From contig CABZIF010000001.1 of NCBI GenBank assembly GCA_902525735.1, positions 66,813-130,812 on the forward strand: a DNA stretch of 64,000 nt. The letters are read 5' to 3'. The DNA comes from an uncultured SAR86 cluster bacterium (lineage in GTDB: Bacteria; Pseudomonadota; Gammaproteobacteria; Magnimaribacterales; AG-339-G14). Position 1 is the stretch's first letter. The number at the start of each line of letters is the position of its first letter. A program made the position numbers and the translations under genes. This document shows positions 1-8,812 of the stretch, one piece after another. The notes under the pieces were generated by a model. That model had not been told where the DNA came from and made no database searches. It saw nothing but the letters and a program-made list of their open reading frames with translations.

Positions 1-1711
1 TGTTTATTAATTGAAGCTTTTCGACTTTTTGTAAAACTTGTTCAGGATCACATTCAGGAATACTAATTTGTTCCGAATAATCTGATAACTTTATTAAGTT
101 TGTATAAAGAGAAATTCTTGATTTAAGTTTTTCTTTAGAAAGACGGAATTTATTTGCGTTTAAAATAGCCGAGGCAAATAAAGCGCTTGGCGTTACTACA
201 GTTGCTTTATTGATATTTTTCATTATTTCCTTCCCAAGTCTAGGAGTTAGATAATAAAGCCATTGTTGAGTTGGAGAGTTATCTAGATCTTCAGAAATAA
301 TATTGTCTGCCCAATTTTCAAAATTATTATCCAAGAATTCTTTGAGGTCTATGGGCTCTCCTATTTGTAAGTATGCATTCCCAAGGTAACCTCTAAAGTC
401 TTTTGCCACTCTAAGAATAGATTGCAAGCTTTCTCTTTTCTTGGTGCCGCCCATCGCTTCTTTATGATAAGAGTTCCCTTCTAAAACCTTTTCGTAGTTC
501 ATAGAAATAGGAACAAACTTTACAGGCTTTTCATCCATATCCTGAAAAGCTCTAATTAACATTGAGATTATGCCCGGTCTTGGCGGGAGCAATCTTCCCG
601 ATCTTGATCTGCCACCTTCAGGGAAAAATTCGATTGAACTTCCTCTTTGTAATAATTTTCTTAAATGCTCATAAAAGACTCTAGAGTACAATTTATTGTT
701 TCCAAAAGATCTTCTCATAAAAAAAGCTCCGCCATTTCTGAGTATAGGACCAATGATAGGTAAATTAAGATTTTTACCAGCTACTATTTGAGGCATCATT
801 AAATTATTAAGATAAAGCTGATGCGATAAGGCTAAATAGTCAATATGACTTCTATGAGATGGAGCATAAATGATAGTATTTCCAGCTGCTAGATCCTTAA
901 TCCGATCTATTCCAATTGAATACAAACCTTCATATCGAGTATTCCAAAACCAATTTAAAACTTTGTCATACAGGTAAATTACTGGATAAGAAAAATTAGA
1001 GCAGATTTCTAATGCATATTTCTCAGCAGTTATTTTTAATCTTTCCCTCTTTTTTTGATTTTCTCCAGCTTCCAAATCAATAATTTTTTTAACCGATCTT
1101 GATTGAATTATTGCGTGCACCAAGGTTCTTCTACTTGAGATATCAATTCCAAGTTTTGCTTGTCGATGTTTTCTAAATCTTGCTCTTAAAAGCCTTTCTG
1201 TCTTAAGGACTAGCTGAGATGGCTTTGCATTTTTTTTTAAAAATATTTCTTTTACTTCTAACGGCTTATGAAAATAAACAATAGCTTGTCTTCCATTGAA
1301 AATGGCTCTCAATAAATTTTTAACACTTGAAGCTCCTTCCCAAGAATCTCTAAAAAAAAGCTTTACCCAATGATCTTCTCTATCAGGCGCTTTACCCCAA
1401 TAAACATCCACGGGGATGATAATTCGGTTCACAGCTTTTTCCGGATAATGAGCAAGTTCGTTCAATTCTCTAGGATGCCTTCTTCTAGGTCGTTGCCATG
1501 GAAATAACCTTCGAGCACCTTTGAGTTGAAAAAAATTTTTCTTAATTCTAGATGGAAATATAAAAGAATTTTTTTTTGCACATTTTTTAAGCGCAGTAAG
1601 ATCATAACTAGACTCGGAAGATAAAACATACAAAACTTTTTCTTTTTTAAGTAATTCTTCAGATTCTTCTATTTCGAAATTTGCATCAGGGCTGATAAGA
1701 AAATCAAGCAT
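1..1711 (-). CDS. plsB: Glycerol-3-phosphate acyltransferase PlsB (N-terminal ~570 codons; C-terminus lies beyond window edge)
   Basis: It is absent from the ORF track because it runs off the edge. My translation from the ATG at 1711 on the minus strand is stop-free down to position 1. It contains the acyltransferase blocks APSHRSHIDYLALS, GAFFMRRSF and FFPEGGRSRSGRLLPPRPG. Confidence 0.85.
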   Translation of the reverse strand, partial: MLDFLISPDANFEIEESEELLKKEKVLYVLSSESSYDLTALKKCAKKNSFIFPSRIKKNFFQLKGARRLFPWQRPRRRHPRELNELAHYPEKAVNRIIIPVDVYWGKAPDREDHWVKLFFRDSWEGASSVKNLLRAIFNGRQAIVYFHKPLEVKEIFLKKNAKPSQLVLKTERLLRARFRKHRQAKLGIDISSRRTLVHAIIQSRSVKKIIDLEAGENQKKRERLKITAEKYALEICSNFSYPVIYLYDKVLNWFWNTRYEGLYSIGIDRIKDLAAGNTIIYAPSHRSHIDYLALSHQLYLNNLMMPQIVAGKNLNLPIIGPILRNGGAFFMRRSFGNNKLYSRVFYEHLRKLLQRGSSIEFFPEGGRSRSGRLLPPRPGIISMLIRAFQDMDEKPVKFVPISMNYEKVLEGNSYHKEAMGGTKKRESLQSILRVAKDFRGYLGNAYLQIGEPIDLKEFLDNNFENWADNIISEDLDNSPTQQWLYYLTPRLGKEIMKNINKATVVTPSALFASAILNANKFRLSKEKLKSRISLYTNLIKLSDYSEQISIPECDPEQVLQKVEKLQLIN

Positions 1712-1808
1712 TATAAAGTTTTGTCTCGGTTAAAGTGTTAATATTCCTCAAAATTTGACGTATTTAACCACTAAAATTAAAGTGTTATTTAATTTTACAA
1801 CTAATTAT

Positions 1809-1894
1809 GCCGAAGTGGCGGAATTGGTAGACGCGCTCGATTCAAAATCGAGTGCCCAAAAGGCGTGAGAGTTCGAGTCTCTCCTTCGGTACCA
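1809..1894 (+). tRNA. tRNA-Leu (anticodon CAA)
   Basis: The acceptor GCCGAAG pairs with CTTCGGT, followed by A-CCA. It has a long variable arm, anticodon stem CTCGA/TCGAG with loop TTCAAAA, and T-arm GAGAGTTCGAGTCTCTC. Confidence 0.9.
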
Positions 1895-1905
1895 GAGGAA
1901 CTATT

Positions 1906-2217
1906 ATGATTGAAACTGAAATTTTAACTGCTCAAACATCAAGTTTTTTGGGGCCACAATTTATTCTTTTACTAGGGTTTATTGCTGTAATGTATTTTTT
2001 AATCATAAGGCCTCAAAACAAAAGAATTAAAGCTCAAAAAGAAATGATAGATAATTTAGCAGTTGGGGATGAGATTATTTCATCTGGCGGTTTGGTCTGC
2101 ACAATTTCTAAGATATCAGATGACTTTTTGACGGTTAGAGCAAACGATACTCAATTTACAATAAAAAGAGACGCCGTCAGCAGTATTTTGCCTAAAGGAA
2201 CAATCAACTCTATATAA
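1906..2217 (+). CDS. yajC: Preprotein translocase subunit YajC
   Basis: This is a small single-TM protein directly upstream of secD-secF. The track ORF (1852) starts inside tRNA-Leu, so I trimmed it to the ATG at 1906 (MIETEIL...), which follows AGAGGAA. Confidence 0.8.
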   Translation: MIETEILTAQTSSFLGPQFILLLGFIAVMYFLIIRPQNKRIKAQKEMIDNLAVGDEIISSGGLVCTISKISDDFLTVRANDTQFTIKRDAVSSILPKGTINSI

Positions 2218-2225
2218 ATAATAAC

Positions 2226-4046
2226 GTGCTACGTTTTCAGTTCTGGAAAATCTTTTTGGTATTTGGCGTTTTATCATTGGGTGTTGTTTATTCAATGCCT
2301 AATATTTTTCCTCCTGATCCAGCGGTTCAAATAACTTTTAATAGTTCAGGTGGAAGTTTTAATGACAGAGTTGTAGAAAAAATTAAATCTAATGCCGAGA
2401 AAGAGAAAATAAATTTTTCATTTGTCGAAAACGATGAAAAATCAATTTTATTTAGGACCAACAATTATGACGATCAAATTAAATTAAAGCAGCATTTTGA
2501 GGAAAGTTTAGACAACAATTTTGTGATTGCACTAAATCTTGCGCCAAATACACCTGAATGGCTAAAAAGCCTCAATGCATTTCCCATGAAACTAGGTTTA
2601 GATTTGAGAGGAGGAGTGCACTTTTTATTAGAAGCTGATACCGACCTGCTAATAGAGGCCAAATTAGAGTCAGCGATAAGTAATTTGAAGAGAATTTTAC
2701 GAGATTTGTCTTTAAAGCCAAGGGCTTTAGAAATAGAAAATACTAGTATTTTTATCTCCTTAAATACACAACAAGACGAGGAACTCCTCTCTGAAGCTGT
2801 TCAAAGCCTGAATGGGTTTGATTTGGAGTCTTTAAATTCTTCCGATTATAGATTGAGACTAACCGAAGAAGAATTAGAACAGATGATTGATTATGCGGTT
2901 CTTCAGAATCTCAATACTTTGAGAAATAGAGTAAACGAATTAGGAATTTCAGAGCCAGTTGTGCAAAGGCAAGGCGCAAAGAGAATATCTATTCAACTTC
3001 CAGGTGTTCAAGATACAGCTGAAGCAAAAAAAATTATTGGTAAGACGGCAAATTTGGAATTTAGATTAGAGGCAGCGAATAGAATCTCTTTAGCATCAAG
3101 AATAGATAAATTTCCTTTTAATGGGAGAGACGTTAATTTAGAAAAAAGATTAATAATTTCCGGAGATCAAGTTTCAGATGCAAGTGTCGGTTACGATGAA
3201 AACGGATTTCCTCAAGTCAATATAAGCCTGGATTCTGAGGGCGGTGCTAAGATGCACAGATCTACAAGAAATAATGTTGGAACTAAAATGGCAGTTCTTT
3301 TTGTTGAAAGAAAATCTAGAACAGAATTAATTAATGGGATTCCAGAAGTTATAAATTTTTTTGAAAAAAGAATTATTAGTTTGGCCACTATTCAGTCAGC
3401 ACTTGCAAGTCAATTCAGAATAACTGGTTTGGACTCTCCAGAAGAGGCTTCAGAGTTAGCTTTGCTTTTGAGAGCAGGTGCTTTGGCAGCTCCAATGGAC
3501 TTTGTGGAAGAAGGGACCATTGGACCATCTTTAGGTGCAGATAATATTAAATTAGGAATACAATCTTTGTTATTGGGATTGGGTCTCGTTCTTTTATTTA
3601 TGATTTTTTATTATAAAATTTTTGGCCTAATTGCTAATTTAGCCGTAGTTTTGAATATAGTTTTAATTGTTTCAGCAATGTCTATTCTTTCTGCTACTCT
3701 AACCCTACCTGGAATAGCTGGAATAGTTCTGACAATTGGAATGGCTGTAGATGCAAATGTGCTTATCTTTTCAAGAATCAGAGAAGAACTTAAAAATAAT
3801 TTAAAGCCACAAGATGCAATTTCAGCTGGTTACGATAGGGCCTTGATAACAATCATTGATGCGAATTTGACCACCTTAATAGTTGCAGTGATTCTATATG
3901 CTGTTGGCACAGGTCCAATACAAGGTTTTGCAATCACTCTATCAATTGGAATTCTTACTTCGATGTTTACTGCAATTTTATTTACCCGAATGATGGTTTA
4001 TTTCATTTATGGCAGAAGAAAAGAGATTGAAAAATTATGGATTTGA
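2226..4046 (+). CDS. secD: Protein translocase subunit SecD
   Basis: It is 606 aa with a GTG start. It has a large periplasmic domain followed by the C-terminal 6-TM block (GPSLGADNI..., TLPGIAGIVLTIGMAVDANVLIFSRIREE). Confidence 0.9.
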   Translation: MLRFQFWKIFLVFGVLSLGVVYSMPNIFPPDPAVQITFNSSGGSFNDRVVEKIKSNAEKEKINFSFVENDEKSILFRTNNYDDQIKLKQHFEESLDNNFVIALNLAPNTPEWLKSLNAFPMKLGLDLRGGVHFLLEADTDLLIEAKLESAISNLKRILRDLSLKPRALEIENTSIFISLNTQQDEELLSEAVQSLNGFDLESLNSSDYRLRLTEEELEQMIDYAVLQNLNTLRNRVNELGISEPVVQRQGAKRISIQLPGVQDTAEAKKIIGKTANLEFRLEAANRISLASRIDKFPFNGRDVNLEKRLIISGDQVSDASVGYDENGFPQVNISLDSEGGAKMHRSTRNNVGTKMAVLFVERKSRTELINGIPEVINFFEKRIISLATIQSALASQFRITGLDSPEEASELALLLRAGALAAPMDFVEEGTIGPSLGADNIKLGIQSLLLGLGLVLLFMIFYYKIFGLIANLAVVLNIVLIVSAMSILSATLTLPGIAGIVLTIGMAVDANVLIFSRIREELKNNLKPQDAISAGYDRALITIIDANLTTLIVAVILYAVGTGPIQGFAITLSIGILTSMFTAILFTRMMVYFIYGRRKEIEKLWI

Positions 4047-4948
4047 CTAATATAGGTTTTATGAAAATTAGAAGGCAAACGACAGTTTTGTCGATAATTT
4101 TAATTTTCATTTCTATTTATTCCTTATTTGTAAATAAATTAAATTTCGGACTTGATTTTACTGGCGGCTCGTTAATCGAAATAAGATTAACTGAAAACAT
4201 AGATTCTCTAGAAGAGGTTAGAGGGCTTTTACAATCGCTGAATCTCAATGACTTCCAAGTAAATTATTTTGGCTCCAACAGAGACATAAGCATAAAAGTG
4301 CCTGGAGGGGATAATTCAATAGATGAAGATGTATTAATTCAAAATTTAAAACAAGATTTTGATTTCGAAGTAAGAAGACAAGAATTTGTCGGACCTCAAG
4401 TTGGTTCTGAATTAAGAGATCAGGGGGGCTTAGGCTTGTTGGCTGCACTGGCAGTGATGATGGTTTATATCATGTTTAGATTTCAGTATAAATTTGCTCT
4501 CGGAGCACTTTTGGCATTGGTGCACGATGTTGTGATTGTGCTTGGATTTTTTTCATTTTTCTCTTTAGATTTTGATTTGTCAGTTTTAGCAGCAATCTTG
4601 GCTGTAATTGGATACTCTCTTAACGACACCATAGTTGTTTCAGACAGAGTCAGAGAAAACTTTAGAAAAAAGAGGAGATCCAATTCTGAAATTGCTATCA
4701 ATAGGTCTCTTAGCCAAATGATAGGCAGGACTTTAATAACCTCCCTGACTACATTATTGGTTTTGATTGCGCTTCTAATTTTTGGTGGAGAAACTATAAG
4801 CAATTTTTCTATTGCCTTGATAGTCGGAGTTATCTCTGGAACCTATTCTTCAATTTATATTGTATGCAATACTTTATTGACTCTGAAAGTTACTTCCGAG
4901 GATTTGATGATAAGAAAAACTGAAGTCTTAGACGATGGAATGCCTTAA
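4037..4948 (+). CDS. secF: Protein translocase subunit SecF
   Basis: It overlaps the secD stop by 10 nt. It carries the motifs GLDFTGG, GPQVGSELR and IGYSLNDTIVVSDRVREN. Confidence 0.9.
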   Translation: MDLTNIGFMKIRRQTTVLSIILIFISIYSLFVNKLNFGLDFTGGSLIEIRLTENIDSLEEVRGLLQSLNLNDFQVNYFGSNRDISIKVPGGDNSIDEDVLIQNLKQDFDFEVRRQEFVGPQVGSELRDQGGLGLLAALAVMMVYIMFRFQYKFALGALLALVHDVVIVLGFFSFFSLDFDLSVLAAILAVIGYSLNDTIVVSDRVRENFRKKRRSNSEIAINRSLSQMIGRTLITSLTTLLVLIALLIFGGETISNFSIALIVGVISGTYSSIYIVCNTLLTLKVTSEDLMIRKTEVLDDGMP

Positions 4949-5743
4949 TTAGTTAAAACAGTCTTTTAAAACGTCATTTAGAATTATTTCATTGCATTTT
5001 TTATTTGCCGCAATAATATGATGACTAGTATTAATTTTTTCCTTACCTAATAGATCCGTAACAAAACCACCCGATTCTTTGACTAAAAGGGCACCCGCGG
5101 CAAAATCCCAGTGTTTCATTCCATATCCAAGAAAAGCGTCTAATTTTCCCGAAGCGACATAGGCCAAATCAATTGCTGTTGAGCCTGTTCTTCTTAAGGT
5201 TAAATTTTGTGAATATAAATTTCTAATAACTTTCATTTGATCCATTTTAGGAACTAATTCTTCAGAATAATGGAAAGAGTTACATATCAAAGAATTTCTT
5301 AAACTAGGAAGGCTTGCAACTCTTGTTCTTGATTGATTCAAATATGCTCCCTTACCTCTTGATGCATAATATTCATCGTCTCTCGTTATGTCATAAACTA
5401 CACCGTGTTCTAATATTCCATCCTCGTAGCAGGCAATGGAAACTGAATAATAAGGAAAACCATGAATAAAATTTGTTGTGCCGTCTAGAGGATCAATGAC
5501 CCATAAAAGCTTGGCATCTTCTTTGCCAGATTTACCTAATTCTTCTCCTTCAAAAGCACTATCTGGAAAAGCTAGTTTAATCGTTTCAATAATTATCTTT
5601 TCAGCAATTTGATCTACTTGAGTCACAAAATCAGTTGGTCCTTTTTCGGAAATTTTTATCTTATCTTTTCTTCTGGAGAATTTACTTATTTCTTTTCCAG
5701 CAAGACGAGCTGCTTTGAGAGCTATATTTATTTTTGGTTCCAT
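4949..5743 (-). CDS. suhB: Inositol monophosphatase family protein (SuhB-like)
   Basis: It carries the IMPase motifs WVIDPLDGTTNF and WDFAAGALLVKESGG. It is divergent from trmJ, as in enterobacterial synteny. Confidence 0.85.
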   Translation of the reverse strand: MEPKINIALKAARLAGKEISKFSRRKDKIKISEKGPTDFVTQVDQIAEKIIIETIKLAFPDSAFEGEELGKSGKEDAKLLWVIDPLDGTTNFIHGFPYYSVSIACYEDGILEHGVVYDITRDDEYYASRGKGAYLNQSRTRVASLPSLRNSLICNSFHYSEELVPKMDQMKVIRNLYSQNLTLRRTGSTAIDLAYVASGKLDAFLGYGMKHWDFAAGALLVKESGGFVTDLLGKEKINTSHHIIAANKKCNEIILNDVLKDCFN

Positions 5744-5774
5744 AATTTTCGAGAAACAATTGTAAACTATTGCA

Positions 5775-6521
5775 ATGTCTGAAACTGATTTAATCTTAAA
5801 AAATAGTTACGATGTTGAATTTCTTCTTATTGAAACTTCTCATCCGGGAAATATCGGTGCTTGTGCAAGAGCAATAAAAAATATGGGTTTCGGAAAATTG
5901 GGTTTAGTCAATCCAGGTAATTTCCCATCAGATGAAGCTTTCTATAGAGCTAAAGGTGCGGGTGATATCCTAGATGACGTAAAAATCTATTCGAATCTTG
6001 ATGATGCTTTAGCCGAAAAAACTATAGTTTTAGGCACAAGTGCCAGAGATAGGTCTATTCCGTGGCCTACAGTTTTTACAAATGAAATTATCAAAGAAAA
6101 TTTAAATTTAAAAATGGATAGTAAAATTTGTATTTTATTTGGTAGAGAAAAAAGTGGATTAACTAATGAAGAATTGCAAAGATGCCATTTGCATTTGAAA
6201 ATTCCTTCTAGTGAAGAATACTCCTCTCTTAACTTATCACACGCAGTTCAAATTATTTCATACGAGTTGAGGAATATGTTTTTGGGGAGCTCTAAAAATC
6301 TTATTAAAGCAGATGTTCCAAAAAGTACGGATAAGGAGGATGAGTTTTTGCTCAAGCACATAGATAAAGTACTGTTAGATTTAAACTTTTACGACCAGAA
6401 TAGTTCTAGACAAGTTAAAGCTAGAATCAAAAGATTACTCAAGAAAGCTAGACCAGATAAATTAGAGATTGGAATCCTCAGAGGTTTCTTAAGTAAGATT
6501 CAAGAGGCGCTTAACAAATAA
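5775..6521 (+). CDS. trmJ: tRNA (cytidine/uridine-2'-O-)-methyltransferase TrmJ (SpoU/TrmH family)
   Basis: It carries ETSHPGNIGACARAIKNMGF, LFGREKSGLTNEEL and SLNLSHAVQIISYE, which align closely with my memory of E. coli TrmJ. Confidence 0.8.
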   Translation: MSETDLILKNSYDVEFLLIETSHPGNIGACARAIKNMGFGKLGLVNPGNFPSDEAFYRAKGAGDILDDVKIYSNLDDALAEKTIVLGTSARDRSIPWPTVFTNEIIKENLNLKMDSKICILFGREKSGLTNEELQRCHLHLKIPSSEEYSSLNLSHAVQIISYELRNMFLGSSKNLIKADVPKSTDKEDEFLLKHIDKVLLDLNFYDQNSSRQVKARIKRLLKKARPDKLEIGILRGFLSKIQEALNK

Positions 6522-6553
6522 AATCATTCTGATACAATCCCTTTTCTGTTTGA

Positions 6554-6628
6554 GTCCCCTTCGTCTAGCGGTTAGGACACCGGGTTTTCATCTCGGCAAC
6601 AGGGGTTCGATCCCCCTAGGGGACGCCA
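6554..6628 (+). tRNA. tRNA-Glu (anticodon UUC)
   Basis: The acceptor GTCCCCT pairs with AGGGGAC, followed by G-CCA. The anticodon loop is TTTTCAT and the T-arm is GGGGTTCGATCCCC. Confidence 0.9.
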
Positions 6629-6774
6629 TTTTCGTCCAAAGATCGGTTTTAGAGCACAAAAATAAAATTTTTTAAAAAAAATGCCCACATTTAAGGCAAA
6701 TCTAATATCTTTTAAAATTTTCTATTAAAAAAAAGGGAAAAATGGCCTCTGTAAAATAATTTTTCGGAGGATTT

Positions 6775-7131
6775 GTGAAGCTTGTTTATATTGTTGTTAG
6801 ACCATCAAAAGTGGAAGTCGTGAAAAGCGCTTTAGCTGCAATAAATATTGGTGGAGCAACTTTATTTGACGTTAGAGGTTTTGGGGCTTCCAGAGGACAT
6901 ACAAGTTCTTACAGAGGTTCACAATACGTAACTGATACTAATCCAAAGGGCATGCTAATGGTAGCGTGCAAAGATGATGATGTTCCTAACATCATTCAGG
7001 CTGTTCGTGACGTGGCTAATACCGGATCTATAGGTGATGGAAAAATCTTCGTCAACGAACTTTCAGATGTAATCCGCATCCGAACTGGAGAATCTGGCGA
7101 AGATGCAATAATGGAGAAAAATAATGACTGA
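6775..7131 (+). CDS. glnK: Nitrogen regulatory protein P-II (GlnK)
   Basis: It has a GTG start after GGAGG. The T-loop GFGASRGHTSSYRGSQY keeps the Tyr at the uridylylation position. It carries the C-terminal block GDGKIFV...IRIRTGE. Its stop overlaps the amtB start (ATGACTGA). Confidence 0.85.
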   Translation: MKLVYIVVRPSKVEVVKSALAAINIGGATLFDVRGFGASRGHTSSYRGSQYVTDTNPKGMLMVACKDDDVPNIIQAVRDVANTGSIGDGKIFVNELSDVIRIRTGESGEDAIMEKNND

Positions 7132-8350
7132 GATGGAATTTGCACTAAATACGTTTTATTTAGTACTTTCTGGGGCTTTTGTTATGTGGATGGCAGCTGG
7201 TTTCACAATGTTGGAAGCTGGACTTGTGCGTTCTAAAAACGTTTCAGAAATTGTAACCAAAAATTTAGGTCTATATTCAATTGCATGCGTAATGTATTTG
7301 GCATGTGGTTTTTATTTAATGTACCCAGGTGATGATGTTATTAACGCATACTTGCCAGGTATGGGTACTACTTGGGGTATTAGCTTAGCTGGTTTAACTG
7401 CAAACTATGATTTGGGTTATTCCGATGCTGCTGATTTCTTTTTCCAGGTTGTTTTCGTTGCTACTGCAATGTCAATTGTCTCTGGAGCTGTAGCTGAAAG
7501 AATGAGACTAGTACCGTTTTTTTTATTCGCAGTTGTTATGACTGGATTTATCTACCCTGTTCAAGGTTATTGGAAATGGGGTGGTGGTTGGTTAGACGCT
7601 ATCGGCTATACCGACTTTGCGGGATCTGGAGTAGTTCACTTATGTGGAGCTTCGGCCGCATTAGCAGCTGTTTTAATACTTGGAGCCAGATCAGGCAAGT
7701 ATGGTTCAGATGGATCAGTTACTGTCATGAGAGGATCAAACATTCCAATCGCTGCCTTAGGTGCTTTTATTCTTTGGTTAGGTTGGTTTGGATTTAATGG
7801 CGGATCTCAATTGGCTGTTCACACCGTGGACAATGCCAATGCTGTCGCCCAAGTTTTCCTTAACACAAATGCAGCAGCAGCTGGTGGTGTTTTAGGAGCA
7901 ATTATTATTTCAAAAATATTAACAGGAAAAATGGATGTTACTATGGGAATTAACGGAGCGATTGCAGGTTTAGTTGCAATTACAGCTGCTCCTGACACTC
8001 CCTCTGGCGGACTTGCTACTATCATTGGTCTGATCGGTGGTGTAATTGTATATTTTTCAGTCGTATTCTTTGACTCAGTACTTAAAGTAGATGACCCAGT
8101 TGGGGCAATATCTGCTCACGGTACGGTAGGTGTTTGGGGAATTATGGCAACTCCTTTATCTGGAGCTGGTGCATTCGGCACGCAAGCAATTGGAGCTGTC
8201 TCTATATTCCTTTGGACTTTTATAACTGCAGGAGCAACTCTTCTCGTCATTAAAGCCATCATGGGGCTTCGTCCTACAATGGAAGACGAAATGGAAGGTA
8301 TGGATGCTTCGGAAGTTGGAGTTTCAGCTTACCCAGAGTTTTCAGAGTAA
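7124..8350 (+). CDS. amtB: Ammonium transporter AmtB
   Basis: It is a 408-aa polytopic protein with Amt signatures (DFAGSGVVHLCGASAALAA, WFGFNGGS, AISAHGTVGVWG). It is translationally coupled to glnK. Confidence 0.9.
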   Translation: MTEMEFALNTFYLVLSGAFVMWMAAGFTMLEAGLVRSKNVSEIVTKNLGLYSIACVMYLACGFYLMYPGDDVINAYLPGMGTTWGISLAGLTANYDLGYSDAADFFFQVVFVATAMSIVSGAVAERMRLVPFFLFAVVMTGFIYPVQGYWKWGGGWLDAIGYTDFAGSGVVHLCGASAALAAVLILGARSGKYGSDGSVTVMRGSNIPIAALGAFILWLGWFGFNGGSQLAVHTVDNANAVAQVFLNTNAAAAGGVLGAIIISKILTGKMDVTMGINGAIAGLVAITAAPDTPSGGLATIIGLIGGVIVYFSVVFFDSVLKVDDPVGAISAHGTVGVWGIMATPLSGAGAFGTQAIGAVSIFLWTFITAGATLLVIKAIMGLRPTMEDEMEGMDASEVGVSAYPEFSE

Positions 8351-8368
8351 AATTCTCCCCCCTAATAA

Positions 8369-8398
8369 AAAGGCAGATCGAAAGATCTGCCTTTTTTC
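8369..8398 (+). terminator. Intrinsic terminator after amtB
   Basis: The hairpin AGGCAGATC-GAAA-GATCTGCCT is followed by TTTTTT. Confidence 0.7.
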
Positions 8399-8401
8399 TT
8401 T

Positions 8402-8430
8402 AAAAAAAGGGAGACTGTGTCTCCCTTTTT
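8402..8430 (-). terminator. Intrinsic terminator after the YRG-repeat gene (hairpin usable in both directions)
   Basis: The hairpin GGGAGAC-TGT-GTCTCCC is flanked by an A-run (8402-8408) and a T-run (8426-8430). On the minus strand the stem is followed by TTTTTTT. Confidence 0.65.
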
Positions 8431-8444
8431 CAAGCCATTAATAA

Positions 8445-8609
8445 TTAAGCTACGTGTTTAACACCACGGTAAATTCCTTTACCTGACGTGTTAGACTTTT
8501 CACTTTTAACAGCATCGTGCTTTATACCTCTGTAAATACCAGCTTTAGGAGATTTTTCATCTCTAGCGACATTTTCAGGAGTAACTTTGATACCTCTATA
8601 AGTAGTCAT
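8445..8609 (-). CDS. 54-aa lysine-rich protein with three YRG repeats (DUF4278-like by memory)
   Basis: The track ORF 8445..8660 is trimmed to the ATG at 8609, which lies 7 nt after GGAGG. The product is MTTYRGIKVTPENVARDEKSPKAGIYRGIKHDAVKSEKSNTSGKGIYRGVKHVA. It has its own promoter, leader and terminator. Confidence 0.6.
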   Translation of the reverse strand: MTTYRGIKVTPENVARDEKSPKAGIYRGIKHDAVKSEKSNTSGKGIYRGVKHVA

Positions 8610-8671
8610 ATCGTGCCTCCAGTTTTCGTTTCGATTTCGTACATGCACCCTAAGATGCACACCCTTCTCAA

Positions 8672-8801
8672 CGCGTTCCTTCGGTAGATATTCGGTCTCG
8701 TTCCCTTATCGGTACTTGCTAGCCTTTCTTTAAAAAAAGAAAGAGGTTTTCCTATCTTCCTACTTCCGTTCCTTGCATTAAAATAATGCAGGGAATGAAC
8801 G
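8672..8801 (-). promoter_or_regulatory. Candidate glutamine riboswitch aptamer (glnA RNA / glutamine-I class) with enlarged P2
   Basis: The minus-strand RNA reads CGUUCA-[hairpin UUCCCUGCAUUA/UAAUGCAAGGAA]-ACGGAAGUAGG-[about 74 nt]-CCGAAGGAACGCG. CGUUC can pair with GAACG to form P1. The element starts about 5 nt after the predicted TSS. Confidence 0.65.
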
Positions 8802-8812
8802 ATTACAGTGCA

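Noticed and set aside
1852-1905. The track start of the yajC ORF (MPKRRESSSLSFGTRGTI...) extends upstream.
   Set aside because: These codons lie inside the tRNA-Leu gene (1809-1894). The internal ATG at 1906, after AGAGGAA, gives a normal YajC N-terminus.
6629-6774. A sigma-54 promoter or NtrC sites, or a second glutamine riboswitch, upstream of glnK.
   Set aside because: TGGCCTCTGTAAAAT lacks the GC dinucleotide at the -12 position. I found no TGCACC-N5-GGTGCA-type dyad and no GGAAGUAGG/GGAACGCG blocks on the plus strand.
8610-8660. The longer form of the small ORF (MHLRVHVRNRNENWRHD-MTTYRG...).
   Set aside because: The extension has no SD and lies in the riboswitch expression platform. 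The internal ATG at 8609 sits 7 nt after GGAGG and starts exactly at the first YRG repeat.
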